This document shows positions 48,968 to 57,118 of a DNA stretch of 64,000 nucleotides, in pieces. The notes beneath the pieces are model-generated. The model had not been told where the DNA came from. It made no database searches and was given only the letters and a program-made list of their open reading frames with translations. A program made the translations under genes and the position numbers. This stretch comes from an uncultured Gammaproteobacteria bacterium (GTDB taxonomy: Bacteria; Patescibacteriota; Microgenomatia; UBA8517): the NCBI GenBank assembly GCA_964600575.1, contig CAZRJH010000001.1:92651-156650 (forward strand), in the 5' to 3' direction. Positions within the stretch are counted from its first letter, which is position 1; every line of letters begins with the position of its first letter.

Positions 48968-49762
48968 ATGCCCACAGACAAAAATAAAGAAAGAAAAAGA
49001 ATGGTAGTCGAAGAAGTTGGTGGTCCGCCACCGGCGGAAGAAACCGCACCTCAAGAAGTTGTTGCAGGTGCCCAGACTCCTGAAGTTCAAGAAATTGGAA
49101 ACCCCGAAGCACTGGAGGAAGTAAAAGAAAAAGTAGAAGAACTACAGACAATTACCGAAGACATTGCAGAGTCCGTTGATAAATCCGTAGAAGTCCAAGA
49201 AGAAATAGTAGAAGCCGCAGAAAAAGTTGTTGGTCCTGTTTCTCCCGGACCCTCTGTTGCGCCACCCCCGCAACCAATGATGCAAACCAGAATGCCGAGT
49301 CCTATGATAATTCTTATTCCCGGAGTTTTAATTTTGGGAGCAATTCTTGGCGGAGTATATTTCTACCAAAAAAATGTAACGACAGCAGAAGTATTGCAAA
49401 CTCCGACTCCTGTTGCAGAAGCAACCGTAGAACCAGTTGCATCTCCTTCGGCATCTCCCTCGGGTAAGCTTGATTTGGCAAAATACACAATAATGGTCCA
49501 AAACGGAGTAGGAATTCCGGGAGTTGCCGGTACTGCAAAAGATATTCTCACGAAGGCAGGATTTAAAGTTTCCTCAACAGGGAATGCGGAAAATTATGAA
49601 TATACGGATACGGTTATAGAAGCAAAGTCCACAGTGCCTGCAGAGTATGTTACAAAATTAACAACATCTCTTTCCGGTAAATATAAAGTTGCTTCTCCTA
49701 AGGTTTTAAGTTCTTCGGCCAAAACCGATGTTGTAGTGATAATTGGAAGCACAACTCCTTAA
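48968..49762 (+). CDS. membrane protein with LytR C-terminal domain
   Basis: Acidic N-terminus, TM helix, VQNGVGIPGVAG..GNA..DVVVIIG. Confidence 0.82.
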   Translation: MPTDKNKERKRMVVEEVGGPPPAEETAPQEVVAGAQTPEVQEIGNPEALEEVKEKVEELQTITEDIAESVDKSVEVQEEIVEAAEKVVGPVSPGPSVAPPPQPMMQTRMPSPMIILIPGVLILGAILGGVYFYQKNVTTAEVLQTPTPVAEATVEPVASPSASPSGKLDLAKYTIMVQNGVGIPGVAGTAKDILTKAGFKVSSTGNAENYEYTDTVIEAKSTVPAEYVTKLTTSLSGKYKVASPKVLSSSAKTDVVVIIGSTTP

Positions 49763-49826
49763 ATATATTCAATATATCGAATATCTTAGTTTGACTTAAT
49801 TCTTTCTATTCATTAATCTCTAGTCA

Positions 49827-50921
49827 ATGAGTGTTGAGTCGGAAAAAATACGCCCAAGGGGAACGGATGTAATGCTTCCACACGGCGGACTCCCGGAAGT
49901 AATTCCTCCTTATTTGGTTAAATTAATAGAAGAAACAGGTGGTGTCAAAGGGCCATTGGGTTTGCAGTTTGTAGCACAACCCGATTTGGAAGCAGACGAG
50001 TTTACGGGAGAAGCTACGGATTCTCTAATGGAAGATTTGCACGAAATAAAAGATGCTCCGGGTGTTGTTTATAAATACAAAGCCAGATACGACGAAAACG
50101 GCAACCTTCATCCAGGGCGTGCGCTTTGGACAATAACCAGAAATTGCGCAGCTTATTGCCGCTTTTGTACCAGAGGTAGGGAAGTTGGTATCCCGGCAGG
50201 ACTCGAAGGTGCCAGAACGGGGGCACTTTCCCATACACCGCATTTATCGGACGAACAAATATTTAAGTCGCTCGAATTTATCAAGAATGAACCGGGCTTA
50301 AACGAAATAATTTTATCGGGGGGAGACCCGTTAACCGTTAAACCCGATAAATTAAAAACGGTTTTGGGAGAATTAAGAAAAATCCAGGATATAGGAAAGC
50401 TTGATATCGTTAGGATTGGTACAAGAGTACCTATTCACAATCCTATTGCGGTTAAAGAAGCACATTACGAAGCAATTAAACAATTAAATAAACCTTATAT
50501 GATGATTCACATAAACCACCCTGCAGAGCTAACACCCGAAGCTTTGTATGTTTTGGATAGGTTTAGAAGAGATTGTGATGCAACAGTAATGAGCCAGACA
50601 GTACTTTTGAAAGGAGTAAACGATAATGTGGAAACTTTGTCCGCACTTTTTAACAAGATGGCAAGGGAGGGCATCCGGCCGTATTATGTGTATCAAAATG
50701 ATCCCGTTTATTGGGCAACACACTTAACAGTGCCAATGGAAGAAACAATTAAGCTTGTTTCAACATTAAGGCCGCTTTTGTCGGGTGTTGCCGCAACTGT
50801 AAGATTTGTAATCGATGCCCCCGGTGCGTACGGCAAGATTGCATTACCGGAAGGCGGGGCCTGGGACGTGAATTATAATTCGGGTTTTGTAGATTTTAAT
50901 GGAGACAAACGAAATCTTTGA
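49827..50921 (+). CDS. KamA family radical SAM aminomutase-like protein
   Basis: CAAYCRFCTR, LSGGDPL, RIGTR, HINHP, QTVLLKGVND, PYY, DAPGAYGK. Confidence 0.9.
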   Translation: MSVESEKIRPRGTDVMLPHGGLPEVIPPYLVKLIEETGGVKGPLGLQFVAQPDLEADEFTGEATDSLMEDLHEIKDAPGVVYKYKARYDENGNLHPGRALWTITRNCAAYCRFCTRGREVGIPAGLEGARTGALSHTPHLSDEQIFKSLEFIKNEPGLNEIILSGGDPLTVKPDKLKTVLGELRKIQDIGKLDIVRIGTRVPIHNPIAVKEAHYEAIKQLNKPYMMIHINHPAELTPEALYVLDRFRRDCDATVMSQTVLLKGVNDNVETLSALFNKMAREGIRPYYVYQNDPVYWATHLTVPMEETIKLVSTLRPLLSGVAATVRFVIDAPGAYGKIALPEGGAWDVNYNSGFVDFNGDKRNL

Positions 50922-50933
50922 ATGAATTTCTAG

Positions 50934-51398
50934 CTACTTTTTTTGATTAGGGTCAACTCCCCATGTTCGCACAATAAAATTAAGCCACCTGATTCCATAT
51001 TCGTTTTTCTTGATTCTTAAAAAACTTGCAGCCATGGGAATATTGTCGTTAACCGATTCCATTACCCGTTTTATACTGGAGTTATTAAAGCTAACATCGG
51101 GGTCCCCAACGAGTTTAGCTTTTAAAAACATAGCCTCGGCCTCTGTCAGGTTACCTGTTTTTTCCAAAGATTGAGCTTTGGATTCAACCTTGTTAACGGC
51201 GAGTAGACAACTTGTCATTTCTAATATTCCGTCCTCGTTTAAGCCATTAAAACAAAAATCGGGATATTTGTTTTTTATTTTTTCTCTGGCTTGCGCCCCC
51301 GAAATCAAAATTTCCCCCTTAAGACTAAAGTCTTGATCGGACAGGACCTGGTCCAACTGCAAATCCTGAATTTTTTGAATTTCTCCAGATATTTCCAT
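50934..51398 (-). CDS. hypothetical protein
   Basis: 154-aa ORF. Confidence 0.55.
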   Translation of the reverse strand: MEISGEIQKIQDLQLDQVLSDQDFSLKGEILISGAQAREKIKNKYPDFCFNGLNEDGILEMTSCLLAVNKVESKAQSLEKTGNLTEAEAMFLKAKLVGDPDVSFNNSSIKRVMESVNDNIPMAASFLRIKKNEYGIRWLNFIVRTWGVDPNQKK

Positions 51399-51405
51399 TT
51401 ATAAG

Positions 51406-51798
51406 TTATCGTTCATGTTTGCCGGGTTTGTCAAAATGAAGGCTGTCTAATACTGGTACAAAACTTTCAAATTCACTCTCAATTTCTTGTTCTTCCCTTC
51501 TTAATTCGTCTTTTTTGAATTTTTCACTGGCCCACAAAACATCTACTCCTCCAACTGTTTCGCTTTCCAAAAAATTTAAATATGCTTTTTCCGTTTTAAA
51601 AACCGCATAATCAAAAACATTTATTTTTGCTTCTGGGTCGTATAGGTCCGCACCTGGAATGTCGTATTTTGTTCTATTTTGGTAGCGTACTAAAACGTAG
51701 CCCGCCGAACCTTCTTTTGTTTTTCCGTTGCCTGCAATTAACTTTTGTGCCAAATTTTTATTTATTGTAGCCATGGCTGATTTTCTTAACTTTTGCAT
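51406..51798 (-). CDS. hypothetical protein
   Basis: 130-aa ORF. Confidence 0.55.
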   Translation of the reverse strand: MQKLRKSAMATINKNLAQKLIAGNGKTKEGSAGYVLVRYQNRTKYDIPGADLYDPEAKINVFDYAVFKTEKAYLNFLESETVGGVDVLWASEKFKKDELRREEQEIESEFESFVPVLDSLHFDKPGKHER

Positions 51799-51837
51799 TA
51801 ATTGTCAACATATTCCTAATTTTGCTAGAATGTTCTT

Positions 51838-52464
51838 ATGAAGTACATTCTTGCGATAGTGATAACGGCTATACTTGTTTTTCTTGGTGCAACTTTTTAT
51901 TACAAAGGGTTTTTCTCTATCACACCTTCGTCTAAACCAACCGAAACACCCGTTGCAACTGCTACACCGGAAACGCAAGCAGCTTCTACTCCTGTTGCGA
52001 TTAATACACCGGGCAGCGGCCCAACAGAAATAACGGCGGGGGGAATACTGGTTTTCAAAAAATACTCTTTAGTTCTCCCTACGGGTTGGGAAAGCAAAAA
52101 AGAATACTCGCCCGATCCTAATGTTCAAATTGATAGATTGATATTAAGCAAATCCGGTTACAAAGTAACAATTTATCAAGCTCCTACAGGAGGAGCCATC
52201 TGTTTGTATCCCGGTATGCCCAAAGTTGACGGCCCTACTAGTAATTACGATTCTTATGTAGATATAACTACAAAAAGCGGCGAAAAGCTTAGAAAGAGTA
52301 CAAGCGGAGTTAATACAAATTCCACTGTTTGTGAATTCCAATCCGAAAACTGGGGAGCCCCAACTAGTTTTGGACATATTTCTATTGAAGTTCCCGGTAA
52401 CGGCGGAACCGCACAAATGGTTCAGGAAATTGACTCAATTTTGATGTCACTTAAAAAGGCTTAA
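51838..52464 (+). CDS. exported/membrane-anchored hypothetical protein
   Basis: N-terminal TM, PT-rich linker, Cys pair; TAGAAT 6 nt upstream of ATG. Confidence 0.7.
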   Translation: MKYILAIVITAILVFLGATFYYKGFFSITPSSKPTETPVATATPETQAASTPVAINTPGSGPTEITAGGILVFKKYSLVLPTGWESKKEYSPDPNVQIDRLILSKSGYKVTIYQAPTGGAICLYPGMPKVDGPTSNYDSYVDITTKSGEKLRKSTSGVNTNSTVCEFQSENWGAPTSFGHISIEVPGNGGTAQMVQEIDSILMSLKKA

Positions 52465-52688
52465 TGTCCAAAAAGAAAGTTTGGTTTAAGGAGAAAGGTT
52501 GGTTTTATATCCCCAAAGCGTGGCAAGGTTATATGACTGTTGTTTTGGTTTTTGCTTACTGTGCAAGTGTTGTAACGGCAATTGACAGGCAAGCTGGTTC
52601 ATTAAGTGATTTTCTTTATGGAATTTTTCCTTATGTTGTACCTGCACTGGGAATCTATCTATGGGTGGGGAGTAAAACCTCAAAGTAG
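52464..52688 (+). CDS. small 2-TM membrane protein
   Basis: WF..GWFYIPKAWQG motif; start overlaps upstream stop. Confidence 0.65.
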   Translation: MSKKKVWFKEKGWFYIPKAWQGYMTVVLVFAYCASVVTAIDRQAGSLSDFLYGIFPYVVPALGIYLWVGSKTSK

Positions 52689-54395
52689 CTAACTAAAAAT
52701 CGAGCCTCTGCCTTTATTGTAGCGAGCTCCTTTGGCTCCGTCATAGATTGGTGAAATTTCGTTTTTTCCGCCTACCTTTTTATATTTAAAATCAATAATC
52801 GAAGTTGAAACTCTTGGCCCATATACCACCCTCCTTAATATACCCGATGCCTGAGAAGCAATTCCAAACCATTTTCCTGTATCACAGGAATTAAGCATTA
52901 TTATTGCATCGTCGGTAAAGGCTAAAGATATAGACTCAAAGCCCTTCCTGCTGACATCATTGGAAGTCAAAGAGTCGGTGTCATCGTAACTAAGCTGGAT
53001 GCTGTCGGTGGTGCCATGTCCCGAAATTATTCCAAATTTTAGTTTGCCGTACTTATGGCGCCCTTGATTAATTAGATGCAACAAGTCTCTTTTGCTGCCA
53101 ACTTCCATAATTCTTAACTTTGAATTACCTAAATTTCCTGCCATTTTCTCTAGCATTGGCCCGTCTGAATATGCAGAAAAGTTGTGGTCAGGATATGCAT
53201 TAACATATATACCCCATTCAGCTTTTTCATCTCTTTGATCATACTGTCTAATCAGGGTTTTTGTTTCGTATCGGCCAAAAAATACTATGCCAAAGTTGTT
53301 ATTTAAGTAACGAACTGCACCAGGCCGAGAAGCCTCGATTCGGATTAAGTTGGTAAGGTTATCCGCAGAAACAATTTGCAATCTGTCTTGCGTTTCCATA
53401 TTCTGGGCAAAGGCATCATTCTGTGTCTTTTTAACTTCAAGATTTTTAACAATATCGTAGTTCCAATGACTAACAAATGATACGGGGTCGAGACCTTTGG
53501 ACTTTAAATAAGTTTGGACAATATCATTCTTAAAGTCTAAAAATATTTTGTTTTTCAATGGTGGGTTGTCCATGAGCCAATTTGCGATATTTTCTATTAT
53601 TTTTTGTGGTGCATGATCTTTGTTGTTGATTACATCTAAAATACTTTCTTTCAACTTTGCTTTTGACTCGGGTGATCCGTTTGCAATTACAGCCTCGTAG
53701 ATCCACCTTTGATGCATAGAATCTTGTCCTAATGCCGGACGGGAATTTACTGTTATTGCATACAAACCTAAAGCGTCCGCACATCTCTGTTTTGTTTGTT
53801 GTTTGAGTCCTTTTTCATACTCATTTACAAGAAATGATGCCAGATTGTTCGGCACCAAATTTGAATTATTTAGTTTTCCTTGGTAGGTTTTTTCAGCGCT
53901 AATAATGGTTGTTTCCAACCTTTCGGCAAATCTTGGTAGATGTGACTCAAGTATCGATTGGATAAGTGTATTTTCCTGATTAGACTGTTCTTGGGTATAC
54001 GAATAAGTGGGTGTTTTTGCTCGCAGTAAACTAAAAAGCATTGTAGCTTCTTGGACAGTTTCATTAGAATCAATAGCGTTGGCTACCACGCTCTCACTCA
54101 TTTGAATTTTTTTGAGTAGAGTTATTCTTTCTTCTGGAGTAACAAAATCGACCCCGGTAAAAGATTGAAACGACAAAGCTCTCTCCGCAGCTCTAACTTC
54201 TTCCCATGTCGAGAAACTGCGTTCTGGATCATTTAAGATTTGCGGAATCATATCCGCTGCAGCTTTATTGTCGCTATCCATTTTTTGGTAGGCAATATCT
54301 CTGAGACTTTTTTTGAGCACCAGATGATCAACAATTACCCGCGCTTTTTCTCTTATACCTTTTCCTTGCATAAATTCTCCAAAATTCTCCGCCAT
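52689..54395 (-). CDS. hypothetical protein with C-terminal caspase/clan-CD-like His-Cys domain
   Basis: GIISGHGT..IIMLNSCDTG. Confidence 0.6.
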   Translation of the reverse strand: MAENFGEFMQGKGIREKARVIVDHLVLKKSLRDIAYQKMDSDNKAAADMIPQILNDPERSFSTWEEVRAAERALSFQSFTGVDFVTPEERITLLKKIQMSESVVANAIDSNETVQEATMLFSLLRAKTPTYSYTQEQSNQENTLIQSILESHLPRFAERLETTIISAEKTYQGKLNNSNLVPNNLASFLVNEYEKGLKQQTKQRCADALGLYAITVNSRPALGQDSMHQRWIYEAVIANGSPESKAKLKESILDVINNKDHAPQKIIENIANWLMDNPPLKNKIFLDFKNDIVQTYLKSKGLDPVSFVSHWNYDIVKNLEVKKTQNDAFAQNMETQDRLQIVSADNLTNLIRIEASRPGAVRYLNNNFGIVFFGRYETKTLIRQYDQRDEKAEWGIYVNAYPDHNFSAYSDGPMLEKMAGNLGNSKLRIMEVGSKRDLLHLINQGRHKYGKLKFGIISGHGTTDSIQLSYDDTDSLTSNDVSRKGFESISLAFTDDAIIMLNSCDTGKWFGIASQASGILRRVVYGPRVSTSIIDFKYKKVGGKNEISPIYDGAKGARYNKGRGSIFS

Positions 54396-54402
54396 GATTA
54401 AA

Positions 54403-55107
54403 TTATATAGTTTTGAAGAAGTCCAAGTTTTGATCTTTTATGGAAAGCCTAAACTTATTATTTTGAAGTTTGGTTATTCTTGTTTCAAAGACATCCATCC
54501 ATGGTCCAATCTCGTTAAAGTCTTTTGGATCTATTGATACTATCGGGAATACGCCTCTTGCCGGGCCTCTAAGCAGTAGCCAGCGAAGATTCTGCCTTGC
54601 GTCAAAATCCAAATCCATTGCCTTCTTTAAATCCTCTAAAAATATATAAATATTTTGTCTTGATTTGTTGGAATGCGCCCAGCTGGCAAGCGACAATATA
54701 AAATCCTCCGAGGCATTCTCGGCATATATAAAAGTACGAATAAAGTTACTCGACTTGTAGTTCGGCCATTTATTCTTGTCAGGGGTAAGTATTCCGTATC
54801 TAACTTCGTCTGGTTCCTGTGTTGATTCAATTCCTTGAATTATGGATTTTACAAGGTCTCTATCATCTTCTTTGTTGCCTGTAGAAATCATAATTGGCCC
54901 AAGCCGATTTTCTACTATATCAACCGTTACAGGGCCATACTCGCTATCTGCACCCAAAAATATTGCTGTGGGGTTCATTTGTGCAATTTGGTCAATAATG
55001 TCGGCGGATCTTGAATACCGGGTATGCTCAGCTCTTGTTTGTTGGGGAGCCTCGGCTTTAACTTCTTCGTATATTTTCATCCACTCATCAAATTCTTCTT
55101 TATTCAT
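54403..55107 (-). CDS. hypothetical protein, degenerate FtsK/SpoIIIE-like domain
   Basis: IFLG..GPV..GPIMISTG; YIFLEDL; LLLRGPARGVFPIVS. Confidence 0.55.
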   Translation of the reverse strand: MNKEEFDEWMKIYEEVKAEAPQQTRAEHTRYSRSADIIDQIAQMNPTAIFLGADSEYGPVTVDIVENRLGPIMISTGNKEDDRDLVKSIIQGIESTQEPDEVRYGILTPDKNKWPNYKSSNFIRTFIYAENASEDFILSLASWAHSNKSRQNIYIFLEDLKKAMDLDFDARQNLRWLLLRGPARGVFPIVSIDPKDFNEIGPWMDVFETRITKLQNNKFRLSIKDQNLDFFKTI

Positions 55108-55211
55108 AGTTATAGGTTGCGATTATATCCTAAATTTGTTTGAGAGTGAATTTTGGCCCGAATATCGGCAGATTAACTAGAAAAAGATGGAGAGAGACAA
55201 GAAGAGAAGAG

Positions 55212-55790
55212 TTATAGTGGATTTTTTTGCATCTCTTCTTGAATAATATCTCTTATAACTTGCGATTTGTTTTTACCTTCATTGGAAGCCCTCTTTGTTA
55301 TGTAGTTATGGATGGGGATATTTAGAAAGAAGTTGAATTTAATGCGTTCCGAAATTGCATTTTTTACGAATTTCTTTAGGATTTGCTTAATATCCACTTC
55401 TGTCGTGTATTTTTCGATAGTCAAAAGGCCCAAGTGATCATCTGTTAAAACTACGGAAATAGATCTTTCGTTGTCCGAGTTTACAAGAACTAAAACGGGT
55501 ATTTTTTTGCGTATAGCGTAGCTAACTTGATAGCCCACTGTTACCGACTCGGTTGTTACATCTGCTATTAAAATGTCTGCCTGGTCGATTAGTGACATTT
55601 GCAGATCGTAAACGCTAATCTCTCCCTTTTGAATCCTTTCGTAGTTGTGTTTCCTTACGCTGTTATTGGCGGGGAAATGAACGTAGTTAAGGGCTTTGTA
55701 GCCTAATGTCTCCATAAACTCGTTAATCATCTTATAACGAGCCCCGTCTGCTTGGATTCTTCTGGTAGAACCGGTGAAATAATACTTCAT
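55212..55790 (-). CDS. putative transcriptional regulator: NDT-like sensor domain plus C-terminal ribbon-helix-helix
   Basis: KYYFTGS..ADILIADVT..S..VGYQ..A..KIPVLVL (NDT fold; catalytic Glu appears to be Gln) plus KFNFFL..YITKRA..NKSQVIRDII (RHH). Confidence 0.72.
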   Translation of the reverse strand: MKYYFTGSTRRIQADGARYKMINEFMETLGYKALNYVHFPANNSVRKHNYERIQKGEISVYDLQMSLIDQADILIADVTTESVTVGYQVSYAIRKKIPVLVLVNSDNERSISVVLTDDHLGLLTIEKYTTEVDIKQILKKFVKNAISERIKFNFFLNIPIHNYITKRASNEGKNKSQVIRDIIQEEMQKNPL

Positions 55791-55834
55791 ATTGACTTTA
55801 CAGATTATAGGAGTATTATAACACATTTATAGAC

Positions 55835-55852
55835 ATACTCATTGATGAGTAT
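55835..55852. promoter_or_regulatory. palindromic operator between regulator and operon
   Basis: Perfect ATACTCAT-TG-ATGAGTAT; extra half-site GAGTAT at 55811-55816. Confidence 0.7.
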
Positions 55853-55861
55853 ATAAATCTC

Positions 55862-57118
55862 ATGTTGTCCTACAAACCTAGACAACTTAGTAGAGACATT
55901 ATTAAACTAATGACGGGGCTTTCTGGCCTCGAAAATCGAAACAAGGACTTTCTTCATTTAACGGTCAACGAAAACCAGCTTTCTAAAACAGCACATAGTT
56001 TCCTTAGCTTTAAAATTGCCGAAAGGTACTACTTTGGCGCAGGCAAGGACGGTGTGGTGGATTTTGGCGCTTACACATTTTTAGGCATGCCTGGATTGGA
56101 AAACTTGGTGGATGACGCAAGCCTGGCCTTAAGTGGGATGACAGGCGCAAAAGTGATTAATTTGAGTTCGTTTTCGGGTTTGCACGCCATGCAGATGGTT
56201 ATAATGAGCACCACTGAGCCTGGTGATGTTGTGATGTCTTTGCCGTTTGAGAACGGCGGTCACGGTGCAACCAAAGGAATTATAGAAAGTCTGGGTAGAA
56301 AACATGTGTTTGCTGCGTTCAATCAAAAAACTCTAAATTTTAATGTTTCCGAAACAGCTAAACTATTCAAATCTTCAAAAGCAAAAGCCTTGTACATAGA
56401 TGTTTCAGTTCATATTAACCCTATTAATATTCGTGAACTTAGAGGTGCGTTGGGTAAAAAAGCCTTAATCATATTTGACGCTAGTCACAGCTTGGGTTTA
56501 ATTTTGGGGGGCTCTTTCCAGAGTCCTTTTAAAGAAGGTGCCGATGTTGTTTGTGGAAACACACACAAAACTTTTGGCGGACCACAGCGTGGAATAATCC
56601 TTTTTAAGGATAAAGGGCTTGGTGAAAAAGCTGATTGGGCCATAAAAACAACATATGTTTCTTCCGTTCACCCCGCGGAACTAATAGCCCTTTGCATATC
56701 CATACTTGAATACGAAAAATATGGCAAAAGGTATTCAAAACAGGTCATTAGAAATTCGCAGGCCCTAACTAAAGCATTCGAAAAATTGGGATATGAGGTT
56801 AGAAGGAAACCTGATGGCAGCCTAACCGAAAACGAACAGGTACATCTTTTTTTGGATAAACACGGAAAAAGGTTGGATTTATACAAAAACCTGGTAAATA
56901 ACAATATTTCTACTAACTTTATGCAAATTCTTGGAGGTAGAACTTTTGCCAGGATAGGCACTCAAGAAATTACCAGAAGAGGGATGTGTGAAGGTGATAT
57001 GTCTACTGTTGCCTTTTTGGTAACCCAGGCACTTAAGGGTATCGATGTTAAAGATAAGGTGCTTAGGTTTAACAAAAAGTTTCCAAATATCTATTTTTCT
57101 TTTGACCAAGATGAATAA
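55862..57118 (+). CDS. SHMT-superfamily PLP enzyme, L-threonine transaldolase-like
   Basis: LTVNEN, GGH, DASHSLGLILGG.F.SPF..GADVVCGNTHKTFGGPQRG, RIGTQEITRRGM, YFSFD. Confidence 0.8.
   Translation: MLSYKPRQLSRDIIKLMTGLSGLENRNKDFLHLTVNENQLSKTAHSFLSFKIAERYYFGAGKDGVVDFGAYTFLGMPGLENLVDDASLALSGMTGAKVINLSSFSGLHAMQMVIMSTTEPGDVVMSLPFENGGHGATKGIIESLGRKHVFAAFNQKTLNFNVSETAKLFKSSKAKALYIDVSVHINPINIRELRGALGKKALIIFDASHSLGLILGGSFQSPFKEGADVVCGNTHKTFGGPQRGIILFKDKGLGEKADWAIKTTYVSSVHPAELIALCISILEYEKYGKRYSKQVIRNSQALTKAFEKLGYEVRRKPDGSLTENEQVHLFLDKHGKRLDLYKNLVNNNISTNFMQILGGRTFARIGTQEITRRGMCEGDMSTVAFLVTQALKGIDVKDKVLRFNKKFPNIYFSFDQDE

Noticed and set aside
55862-57118. Housekeeping glyA
   Set aside because: Diagnostic SHMT motifs are replaced by transaldolase-like ones and the context is a specialised operon, so the symbol is withheld.
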